Part shown: positions 1-7,273 of the stretch, in pieces
Numbering within the stretch: position 1 is the first letter of the stretch
Layout of the letters: the number at the start of each line of letters is the position of its first letter
Assembly (NCBI GenBank): GCA_964650545.1
Contig: CAZYTZ010000001.1
Location: forward strand, 23,686 to 87,685
Origin: Candidatus Micrarchaeota archaeon
GTDB lineage: Archaea > Micrarchaeota > Micrarchaeia > Anstonellales > Anstonellaceae
DNA length: 64,000 bases
Direction of reading: 5' to 3'
The notes under the pieces: model-generated
Told to the model about the DNA's origin: nothing
Databases searched by the model: none
What the model saw: only the letters and a program-made list of their open reading frames with translations
Translations under genes and position numbers: made by a program

Positions 1-789
1 CCCATTGTGGTGGACGACGGCAACCCGCAAACCGACCAGCTTGCAGAAATGTACGACATGCTCAAAGGCATCATGTTCGAGTCTGACAATGAAGGTGCGA
101 TTGTAAAGGCAGATACTTTGGGGTCTCTTGAGGCGCTGCGCAAGCTTCTCTCCGACCAGGGCGTGGACATAAAGCGCGCCTCAATCGGCAAAATCACCAA
201 AAAGGACGTGGTGGATGCCTCGGCAGTGTCAGACAGGCACAAAGGCGTGGTGCTTTCCTTCAATGTGGATGTGCCTGACGATGCAGCCGACGAGGCTGTC
301 AAGAGGAATGTCAAGATGTTCTCCTCGCGCGTCATCTATTCTCTTTGCGACGATTATATTGCCTGGGTGGCGGATGAGAAAAAGAAGGCAGCAGGCAGCG
401 CTGTTGAGCGATTGCCCCTGCCTGCCAAGCTGCGCGTTTTGCCAGGATGCACTTTCCGCGCCTCAAAGCCAGCCATAGTGGGAATCGAGATACTTGAGGG
501 CAGGCTGAAAAAGGGCGTGCGATTGATGGACAGGAAGGGCGAAATCATAGGTGAGGTGCGCGAAATCCAGAAGGACGGCAAGCCGGTCAAGGAGACGCAC
601 GCAGGGGAGCAGCTTGCCATCTCGATTGAGGGTGCGGTGTGCGGCAAGAACGTGTGCGAAGGGAGCGACTATTTCGTATACATCATGCGCGACGAGGGCA
701 AGGATCTCATCACCACTGCAGTTCTCCCGCCTGCCGAGCTTGCGCTCCTGGACGAAATACTTGCGATAACTGACGCGAAAAGGATTTGA
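1..789 (+). CDS. infB: Translation initiation factor aIF5B (IF-2 homologue), C-terminal part. The gene continues upstream of the window.
   Basis: The open frame runs from nt 1 (PIVVDDG...). It contains the conserved VKADTLGSLEAL IF2/aIF5B motif and a C-terminal beta-barrel domain (GIEILEGRLKKG...). Confidence 0.7.
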   Translation, partial: PIVVDDGNPQTDQLAEMYDMLKGIMFESDNEGAIVKADTLGSLEALRKLLSDQGVDIKRASIGKITKKDVVDASAVSDRHKGVVLSFNVDVPDDAADEAVKRNVKMFSSRVIYSLCDDYIAWVADEKKKAAGSAVERLPLPAKLRVLPGCTFRASKPAIVGIEILEGRLKKGVRLMDRKGEIIGEVREIQKDGKPVKETHAGEQLAISIEGAVCGKNVCEGSDYFVYIMRDEGKDLITTAVLPPAELALLDEILAITDAKRI

Positions 790-791
790 TT

Positions 792-1496
792 CTACTGCGG
801 CGGCAGGCACTTGGTTATCAATGCCTTGCCAATCTGCTTCTTAGTTATCTGCTGCCCGTTGATGTATTCAATGTACTCAAAGCCAAAGCTCGGCAAAATG
901 GCGGTGCCTGGTGCGGCGGTGGAGTTTGCGCACACCGAAGTCGCGCCCCCTATCGCATGGCTGCTTGAGCTCGTAGTTCTAATTATCATCTCCCTGTCGC
1001 AGGGAACAGTAAAGGGAGCGCTCCACGCCACATATTCCTCCTGTCCAGACGCAAGGTAGAACAGGTCGCTTATGTTGTTCAGCGTGCCGCTTCCCAAACC
1101 GCAGCCGTAAGCTATGAATTGCGTGGCTTTCAATCCGTCGCCGCCCACAAAGCCGGTTATCCTTATGGGGTACGCGCCGTTGTTCTTCACCCTGAGGTAT
1201 GCGTAGGTGTTTGCATTTGGCACATATGCAATCGCGCCCCACTCAGTTATCGCAACCGGCTGCGCACTTTTCCAGTAAGCCTGCGACTGCGTTATCTGCG
1301 CGTCACTTGCCATCCCCGGGAAGAAGCCGAGCAGCGCGACCGAGACAAGCGCCACAATGAGCACAACTGCAAGAAGGACCAAATATTCAGTGGCGCCTTG
1401 CCCGGGCAAGGCGCCAGCAGTCGTCAAGCGAAGCGAAGACGACTCAATGACGTCCTGTCCAAGGAAACGCGGGCGTATTGTTCCCTGTGCGCGCAT
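792..1496 (-). CDS. Hypothetical protein with a hydrophobic N-terminal segment resembling an archaeal class III (type IV pilin-like) signal peptide.
   Basis: ...PGQGATEYLVLLAVVLIVALVSVALL is followed by a Ser/Thr/Gly-rich domain. The start is uncertain: GTG at 1502, ATG at 1496, or an internal TTG. Its start overlaps the dcd stop codon. Confidence 0.4.
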   Translation of the reverse strand: MRAQGTIRPRFLGQDVIESSSLRLTTAGALPGQGATEYLVLLAVVLIVALVSVALLGFFPGMASDAQITQSQAYWKSAQPVAITEWGAIAYVPNANTYAYLRVKNNGAYPIRITGFVGGDGLKATQFIAYGCGLGSGTLNNISDLFYLASGQEEYVAWSAPFTVPCDREMIIRTTSSSSHAIGGATSVCANSTAAPGTAILPSFGFEYIEYINGQQITKKQIGKALITKCLPPQ

Positions 1497-1498
1497 TT

Positions 1499-2023
1499 TC
1501 ACTGTTTCACCGCCACTTTGCCGAATTTCGCGTATGGCTTGCTCGTTGCCGAGTCAAGCCTTTCGAAAATGATTTGCGATATCCTCATGCCTTCCTTGAT
1601 GGTGACTGGGAAGGGCGCGAAATTCACGATTTCAAGCACCTGGTGGTTTTGCGAGCCTGGCATGACAAGCGCGGACGTCACGTGCACGGCGAGGCCCATG
1701 CGCGCATACCTGCTTCTTCCCTCCAGCGTCCCGATAAGCGTGGCAGGCATGTAGATTTTCTCGCGCGTAATGCCTAAGCACATGCCGCCTGGCGGCAGCG
1801 TGATTGATTTCTCCTTGTGCGCCTCAGTTGCTTCCTTGAAGCCCACGCGCGCCAAGTCCAATGCCTTTTTCGAATTAGCATACTTTTTCTTGAAAACCCA
1901 AAACTTGCCTGCAAGCGTGAGGTCAACAGACGCAGAGCCTATCTGGCCATCTGATAGCTTTGGTTCAAAGCGAAGCTTTCGCGAGCGTATGGCTGCGCGG
2001 ATGTCGTTGTCTGAAAGCACCAT
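1499..2023 (-). CDS. dcd: dCTP deaminase.
   Basis: The internal ATG at 2021-2023 gives MVLSDNDIRAAI..., the canonical dCTP deaminase N-terminus (about 174 aa). The ORF-track N-terminal extension to 2302 is rejected. An AT-rich TATA-like element (aataaaaag, 2043-2051) sits about 25 nt upstream on the minus strand. Confidence 0.85.
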   Translation of the reverse strand: MVLSDNDIRAAIRSRKLRFEPKLSDGQIGSASVDLTLAGKFWVFKKKYANSKKALDLARVGFKEATEAHKEKSITLPPGGMCLGITREKIYMPATLIGTLEGRSRYARMGLAVHVTSALVMPGSQNHQVLEIVNFAPFPVTIKEGMRISQIIFERLDSATSKPYAKFGKVAVKQ

Positions 2024-2162
2024 GGCAATTGCAAACCAGTCAAAGAATAAAAAGATGCGCAAACCACGGATTCGCCAAAAGACGTACACAACTTCGATAG
2101 ATTTAAAAGGGTATTTTGCCGAACTAATGTTCGTCGAAAGACAAAGTTTTGAGGTTCTATTA

Positions 2163-2846
2163 ATGGAGAAACTGAGGAACGAAATCGCAGGCGAAATCAC
2201 GCTTTCAGCAACGCCTGGCTCCACCATGAAGAAGTGGCGCGAGATATTCGCAATCACCCAAGTCGAGCTTTCTGAAGCGCTCCAAATCTCACCCTCCACC
2301 ATCTCGGACTATGAGGGCAACCGCCGCAAGTCGCCCGGAAGCGGCGTGATAAAGCGCTTTGTGAACTCATTGCTGCAAATCGACGTGGAGCGCGGCTCGC
2401 CCATGCTCTCCAAGCTGCAGCAGGGCGCTGAGAAAAGCGAGGAGTATTTTGAGCTGCACGAGTTTGCGACTTCGATTTCGGCAATAGACTTCCAGAAAAT
2501 GCTCAATGCCACTGTGGTGGCAAACGAGGAGCTCATGAAAAGCAAGAAGCTTTACGGCTACACGCTGATGGAAAGCTTGAAAATCATCCTTGAAATGCCC
2601 TACTCGCACTTCCCCAAGCTTTACGGGACAATGAGCGAGCGCGCATTCATCTTCACCCAGGTCTCAACAGGAAGATCACCCATGGTGGTGATAAGGGTGA
2701 CTCCCATGAAGCCTTCCCTCGTGGTTCTCCACGGGCTGAAAGAAGTGGATCCGCTGGCAATAAAAATTGCCGAGCGGGAAAAAATTCCGGTAATTGCCAC
2801 GAATATGGACTTGGCAAAGATAAAGGACGTTCTGAACAAAATCTAG
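2163..2846 (+). CDS. Putative HTH (XRE-like) transcriptional regulator with a C-terminal DRTGG/CBS-associated-like domain.
   Basis: It has a helix-turn-helix (ITQVELSEALQISPSTISDYEGNRR). The ORF-track start at 1770 overlaps dcd on the opposite strand, so the start is placed at the ATG at 2163 (alternative 2127), downstream of a TTTAAAA element at 2102-2108. Confidence 0.5.
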   Translation: MEKLRNEIAGEITLSATPGSTMKKWREIFAITQVELSEALQISPSTISDYEGNRRKSPGSGVIKRFVNSLLQIDVERGSPMLSKLQQGAEKSEEYFELHEFATSISAIDFQKMLNATVVANEELMKSKKLYGYTLMESLKIILEMPYSHFPKLYGTMSERAFIFTQVSTGRSPMVVIRVTPMKPSLVVLHGLKEVDPLAIKIAEREKIPVIATNMDLAKIKDVLNKI

Positions 2847-2867
2847 CCTTATTTGCGAGGTAATAGC

Positions 2868-3935
2868 ATGGCTCAACCAGTAGGAATTGTCGGATATGGC
2901 ACCTGCGTGCCAAAGTACCGCATAAAGTCAGGAGAAATAGCGCGCGTATGGGGCGAGGAGCCTGAGCGCATTTCCAAGGGCTTGGGCATTTTGGAGAAAA
3001 GCGTGCCTGACGTTGACGAGGACGCAGCCACGCTGGCAGTGGAGTCATCAAGAAACGCGCTTCTCATGGCGGGAATTGACCCGCAGGCAATAGGCGCAGT
3101 CTACGTGGGCTCAGAGTCTCACCCTTATGCAGTCAAGCCGACTGCTACCATTGTGGCAGAGGCGCTTGGCGCCACGCCAGAGCTCACTGCCGCTGACCTG
3201 GAATTTGCCTGCAAGGCAGGCACAGCAGGCATGCAGATATGCATGGGCATGGTGGCATCCAACATGGTGCGCTACGGGCTTGCAGTGGGCACTGACACTT
3301 CGCAGGGAAAGCCTGGCGATGCACTTGAGTATTCTGCCAGCGCTGGCGCTGCAGCCTTTCTCATAGGCAGGGAAAAGGGAGAATTCGTTGCAGAGCTGGA
3401 AGCAACCTACTCATTCACCACAGACACGCCTGACTTTTGGCGTCGCGAGCACGCGCTCTTCCCATCACACGGAGGCCGCTTTACAGGCGCGCCAGCCTAC
3501 TTCCGCCACGTCATGGGCGCAACCCAGGGCTTGTTTGAAAAGACAGGCACAAAAGCTGCGGAATACGACTACTTTGTCTTCCACCAGCCAAACGGCAAGT
3601 TCCCGCTTGAAGTGGCAAGGAAAATGGGCATTGACATAGAAAAGGTAAAGCCAGGCCTGTTCACGCCCGTGATTGGCAACACCTACTCAGCCTCCTCGCC
3701 AATAGGCTTGGTAGGCGTTCTGGACATTGCCAAACCAGGCCAGAGGATACTTCTCACGTCATTCGGGTCAGGCGCAGGCTCAGACTCGTTTGCCATCCGC
3801 GTGACTGACGGGATTGTTGCAAAGCGCGAGGCATACAAGAAGCTTGGCTGGTCCCTTGCAGATTACATAGCCCACAAGGAGTACATAGACTATGGGGTTT
3901 ACGTGAAGCACAGGCGCAAGCTGAAAAGCCTGTAA
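2868..3935 (+). CDS. Hydroxymethylglutaryl-CoA synthase (archaeal type).
   Basis: [20 protein letters not shown]... has a thiolase-fold condensing-enzyme signature. It is the first gene of an HMGCS-thiolase-DUF35 cluster. Confidence 0.9.
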   Translation: MAQPVGIVGYGTCVPKYRIKSGEIARVWGEEPERISKGLGILEKSVPDVDEDAATLAVESSRNALLMAGIDPQAIGAVYVGSESHPYAVKPTATIVAEALGATPELTAADLEFACKAGTAGMQICMGMVASNMVRYGLAVGTDTSQGKPGDALEYSASAGAAAFLIGREKGEFVAELEATYSFTTDTPDFWRREHALFPSHGGRFTGAPAYFRHVMGATQGLFEKTGTKAAEYDYFVFHQPNGKFPLEVARKMGIDIEKVKPGLFTPVIGNTYSASSPIGLVGVLDIAKPGQRILLTSFGSGAGSDSFAIRVTDGIVAKREAYKKLGWSLADYIAHKEYIDYGVYVKHRRKLKSL

Positions 3936-3947
3936 ATGGTGATTTTC

Positions 3948-5111
3948 ATGAGAAAAGTTGCAATTGTTGGAGTCGGAATGAGCAAGTTTGGCGAGGAGTG
4001 GACCCGCGGCTTTCGCGACATGCTGATTGACGCTGGTGGCAAGGCTGTTGAGGATGCCAAGCTCTCAGGAAGCGAGATTGATGCCATGTATGTTGGTACC
4101 ATGGCCCCCGGCTCGCTTGTGGGCCAGGAGCACATTGGCGCTTTAGTGGCTGACTACATGGGCCTCACGCCAGTGCCTTCCACGCGCGTGGAGGCTGCCT
4201 GCGCATCAGGTGGCGTGGCGCTGCGCCAGGGTTACATGGCAATTGCATCTGGCATACACGACTGCGTTGTTGTGGGCGGCGTGGAGAAGATGACTGACAC
4301 GCCGGGCAATGAAGTCGCCTCAGCGCTGGGCGGCGCAGGCGACCAGGAGTGGGAGCTTTTCATGGGTGCCACTTTTCCAGCAATCTACGCGTTCATGGCA
4401 AGGAGGCACATGAAGGAGTATGGCACCACTGAAGAGCAGATGGCGTCAGTGGCCGTGAAGAACCATGCCAATGCCGCGAAAAACAAGTATGCGCACTTCC
4501 AAAAAGAAATAACGATTGAAACCGTGCTGAAAAGCAAGCAAGTGGCATCCCCTCTCAAGCTTTTCGACTGCGCGCCCATCACTGATGGCGCCGCAGTGGT
4601 TGTTCTCATGCCTCTGGACAGGGCGAAAAAGCACTGCGAAAAACCCATTGAAATAACCGCATCAGCGCAGGCATCAGACTACCTGGCACTCCACTCTCGC
4701 GCCTCCATGACCGAGCTTAATGCCACCAAGGTGGCTGTGAAAAAGGCATATGGGCAGGCAAACGTGTCTGTAAAGGACATTGACGTAGTGGAGGTTCACG
4801 ACTGCTTCACCATTGCCGAGATAATGGCAATTGAGGACCTTGGTTTTTTCCCCAAGGGAAAAGGCGGCCAAGCTTCACTTGAGGGCAAGACTGCGCTTAA
4901 CTCAGAAATATCAGTGAACACTTCAGGCGGCTTGAAAGGCTGCGGCCACCCAGTGGGTGCCACAGGAATAAAGCAGGCTGTTGAAGTGGTGTGGCAGCTT
5001 CGCGGCGAGGCAGGAGCGCGTCAAGTGAAAGACGCCAAGGTGGGGATGACTCACAACGTGGGCGGCTCAGGCGCAACTGCCGTCGTGCACATAATGAAAA
5101 AATCAGAATGA
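3948..5111 (+). CDS. Acetyl-CoA C-acetyltransferase (thiolase).
   Basis: MRKVAIVGVGMSKFGE... has the thiolase active-site Cys region and a C-terminal GHPVGATG motif. It follows the HMGCS stop codon directly. Confidence 0.9.
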   Translation: MRKVAIVGVGMSKFGEEWTRGFRDMLIDAGGKAVEDAKLSGSEIDAMYVGTMAPGSLVGQEHIGALVADYMGLTPVPSTRVEAACASGGVALRQGYMAIASGIHDCVVVGGVEKMTDTPGNEVASALGGAGDQEWELFMGATFPAIYAFMARRHMKEYGTTEEQMASVAVKNHANAAKNKYAHFQKEITIETVLKSKQVASPLKLFDCAPITDGAAVVVLMPLDRAKKHCEKPIEITASAQASDYLALHSRASMTELNATKVAVKKAYGQANVSVKDIDVVEVHDCFTIAEIMAIEDLGFFPKGKGGQASLEGKTALNSEISVNTSGGLKGCGHPVGATGIKQAVEVVWQLRGEAGARQVKDAKVGMTHNVGGSGATAVVHIMKKSE

Positions 5112-5181
5112 TTTTTTCAGCTGTCGAACTCGCTTTGGCGAGTTCAACATAATGAAAAATGACGTTTAGAGGTAGATACCT

Positions 5182-5589
5182 ATGCCATCTGAAAACCTTG
5201 CAATAACATGGAGGCGCATACCAGAGCGCTACAGGCTGTCTGGAAGCGCGTGCGAGACTTGCAAAACCAACTATTTCCCCACGCGCAAGCTCTGCCCAAA
5301 ATGCCGTCGCAAGGGAAAAATCGTGATGAAGCAGTTTTCAGGCAAGGGCAAAGTCTACTCATTCACCGGGGTGACCTCCGGGCCGCCTGGCTTTGAGCTG
5401 GAAGCGCCATACGTGCTTGCCATAATTGAGCTTGAGGAAGGGCCGCGCCTCACCGCGCAGGTGGTGGGCGTGAAGGGACAGGACGTAAGCATAGGCGCGC
5501 ATGTTGAGATGATTTTCCGCAAGATACTGGAGGATTCGCCAGAAGGGCTCCTCCACTATGGCTACAAGTTCAGGCTCCTTAAGAAATGA
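5182..5589 (+). CDS. DUF35 OB-fold/zinc-ribbon protein, the scaffold partner of the HMGCS/thiolase complex.
   Basis: It has a C-x2-C...C-x2-C zinc ribbon (CETCKTNYFPTRKLCPKCRRKG) and an OB-fold-like C-terminus. An SD-like agaggtag precedes the start, and its position after the thiolase gene is conserved. Confidence 0.85.
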   Translation: MPSENLAITWRRIPERYRLSGSACETCKTNYFPTRKLCPKCRRKGKIVMKQFSGKGKVYSFTGVTSGPPGFELEAPYVLAIIELEEGPRLTAQVVGVKGQDVSIGAHVEMIFRKILEDSPEGLLHYGYKFRLLKK

Positions 5590-5646
5590 GCAAACACTGA
5601 CTGGGCGTCCGAAAGCTTTATATCTTTATTTCAAAATAATAGCTTC

Positions 5647-6177
5647 ATGTTCAAAAAATTGAATTTGTTTTCAAGAACAGAAATGAAAGTGCTATCGTTC
5701 ATCTCGAGGAAAGATGGCGAGCTTTACGAGCGGCAAATTGCAGATGGCGCAAAGGTGAGCGTTGGGTCGGCGAATTCAATACTCCGGGAATTCGCTGCAA
5801 TAGGGCTGATTTTGCAGGAAAGGAAGGGAAAAATGCTTTTTTACCAGAGGAACGACAGCAACCCGCTCCTGCGGCAATTCAAGGTCTTCTCAACAGTGAA
5901 TGAGCTAATGCCCTTTGTCGGCACCATCATGCCCCTTTGCAGCCGCATTGTCCTTTTTGGCAGCTGCGCGGAAGGCAGGAACGGGGAAGGAAGTGACATT
6001 GACCTTCTTATACTGGCACAGGAAAAGGAAAAGGTCAGGCGGCTGTCAGCGGAAAACCCACACATCCAGGCAATACTTCTAAGCCCTGCTGAGTATTCTC
6101 AGCTGGAAAGGAAGGACAAGCCCCTTTTCAGCCGGATAAGGACTGGGATAGAGATTTATGGTGGTGACAATGGATAG
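5647..6177 (+). CDS. Minimal nucleotidyltransferase (MNT) domain protein with an N-terminal winged helix.
   Basis: It carries the GS-x9-SDIDLLIL nucleotidyltransferase motif (LFGSCAEGRNGEGSDIDLLIL). It overlaps the downstream HEPN gene by 20 nt. Confidence 0.7.
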   Translation: MFKKLNLFSRTEMKVLSFISRKDGELYERQIADGAKVSVGSANSILREFAAIGLILQERKGKMLFYQRNDSNPLLRQFKVFSTVNELMPFVGTIMPLCSRIVLFGSCAEGRNGEGSDIDLLILAQEKEKVRRLSAENPHIQAILLSPAEYSQLERKDKPLFSRIRTGIEIYGGDNG

Positions 6178-6598
6178 CCGGTTTAGCCGTTGCCTGAAGG
6201 AAGGGAAGCTTGTGAAGATTGGCGTGCAGCCAGACTTGGCCAAAAAGGAGGCTGACGCGGCGGCATACGACCTTCAAAGCGCCGAGAAGTCGCTTGAGGA
6301 AGGCAACCCGAAATGGGCAACTGTCCAGGCATACTATTCCATGTTCCACACTGCAAAGGCGCTTGCCTTCCATAAGGGATACCGTGAAAAAAGCCACGCC
6401 TGCCTCTCAATAGCCCTAAAAGCCCTTTTTGTGGATGCCAACGAAATGGAAGCAGGGCAATTCGAGCATTTCAGGGACTGCATGGCGCTGCGCAAAGACG
6501 CGGACTACGGGCTTATCTATTCGGACAAGTCAGCCGAGGAAGTAGTCAGGTGGGCGCGCGAATTTTTGGCTGCTGCGGGCAAAATCCTGCCCAAATAG
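6158..6598 (+). CDS. HEPN domain protein, partner of the upstream MNT.
   Basis: The helical HEPN fold pattern (AKKEADAAAYDLQSAEKSLEEGNPKWATVQAYYSMFHTAKALAFHKGYREKSH) and overlap with the MNT gene fit a classical HEPN-MNT toxin-antitoxin arrangement. Confidence 0.7.
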   Translation: MVVTMDSRFSRCLKEGKLVKIGVQPDLAKKEADAAAYDLQSAEKSLEEGNPKWATVQAYYSMFHTAKALAFHKGYREKSHACLSIALKALFVDANEMEAGQFEHFRDCMALRKDADYGLIYSDKSAEEVVRWAREFLAAAGKILPK

Positions 6599-6605
6599 CC
6601 TGTCT

Positions 6606-6935
6606 TCAGATGAATTTCACGCCGCAGGCAGGGCAGGACACCATGTAGTAGTTCGCCACATAGCCGCACATCGGGCAGCGGTACTGCTGCTGGCTGGGCG
6701 GCGCGCGCTGCTCCACCAGGGAATGGCCGCAGTTCGAGCACTTTTCCGCTTTCAAGTCGTTTGCAGTATCGCATTTCGGGCACTTAATCCTGAACATGGA
6801 CTCAACATGCGTGCCGCACGACGGGCAGCGCTCCATGCCAAGCACCAAGTCAGCCTTGCATTTGGGGCACTTTGCCTTCATCTTCGCGTGCGGCTTGGGG
6901 CGAAGCGCATCTGATATCAAGTCGAGCATTCCCAT
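6606..6935 (-). CDS. Multi-zinc-ribbon protein with five CxxC pairs.
   Basis: It has CPKCKADL, CPSCG, CPKCD, CSNCG, CPMCG and CPACG repeats. The start is placed at ATG 6933-6935, which is 27 nt downstream of a minus-strand TTTTTATAG element, suggesting a leaderless mRNA. The ORF-track GTG at 6956 would leave no room for a promoter. Confidence 0.5.
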   Translation of the reverse strand: MGMLDLISDALRPKPHAKMKAKCPKCKADLVLGMERCPSCGTHVESMFRIKCPKCDTANDLKAEKCSNCGHSLVEQRAPPSQQQYRCPMCGYVANYYMVSCPACGVKFI

Positions 6936-6957
6936 AAGAAAAGTTCCGATGCGCACC

Positions 6958-6966
6958 TATAAAAAG
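6958..6966. promoter_or_regulatory. AT-rich TATA-like element (ctataaaaag). It could serve the minus-strand zinc-ribbon gene and possibly the plus-strand tRNA-Ala transcript.
   Basis: This is the only AT-rich octamer in the 6936-7067 intergenic region. It lies about 27 nt from the zinc-ribbon ATG and about 100 nt upstream of tRNA-Ala, with two hairpins (7017-7038 and 7044-7059) in between. Confidence 0.3.
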
Positions 6967-7067
6967 CCTTCACGTCTGAATGGGGAAGGCAAAATCCTCT
7001 GGGATTTTGCCATCTTCGTCGTGCCCGCAGGCACGACGTCTACCGAAAACCTGCGGGTTTTCGCTAT

Positions 7068-7259
7068 GGGCCCGTGGCGCAGTGGTAGCGCGCCTGCTTT
7101 GCAGAACCCTTTTGCTCGCTCCAGATGGGGACGCTCGCAAAAGCGTTCACGGAAAACGCAAATGGGTTTCAAAAAAGCAGGAGGCCGGGGGTTCGAAGGA
7201 CCTTTTTCGGGATGCCTAAAAAGCTCCGCCAAAAAGGGCTGAAATTCCCCCCGGGTCCA
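7068..7259 (+). tRNA. tRNA-Ala (anticodon UGC) with two introns: one in the anticodon loop (about 7104-7175, after position 37) and one in the T-loop (about 7198-7245, between positions 59 and 60).
   Basis: Manual fold. The acceptor GGGCCCG pairs with CGGGTCC, giving the G3:U70 alanine identity pair, and the discriminator is A73. The D-arm is GCGC-AGTGGTA-GCGC. The anticodon stem is CCTGC/GCAGG with loop TTTGCA...A. The T-arm is GGGGG-TTCGAA[intron]T-CCCCC. CCA is not encoded, and a T-run follows. Confidence 0.65.
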
Positions 7260-7273
7260 TTTTTTCTTTTTGC

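Noticed and set aside
1770-2162. The N-terminal 130 aa of the 358-aa plus-strand ORF.
   Set aside because: It overlaps dcd on the opposite strand. The HTH domain begins after the internal ATGs at 2127 and 2163, downstream of a TATA-like element.
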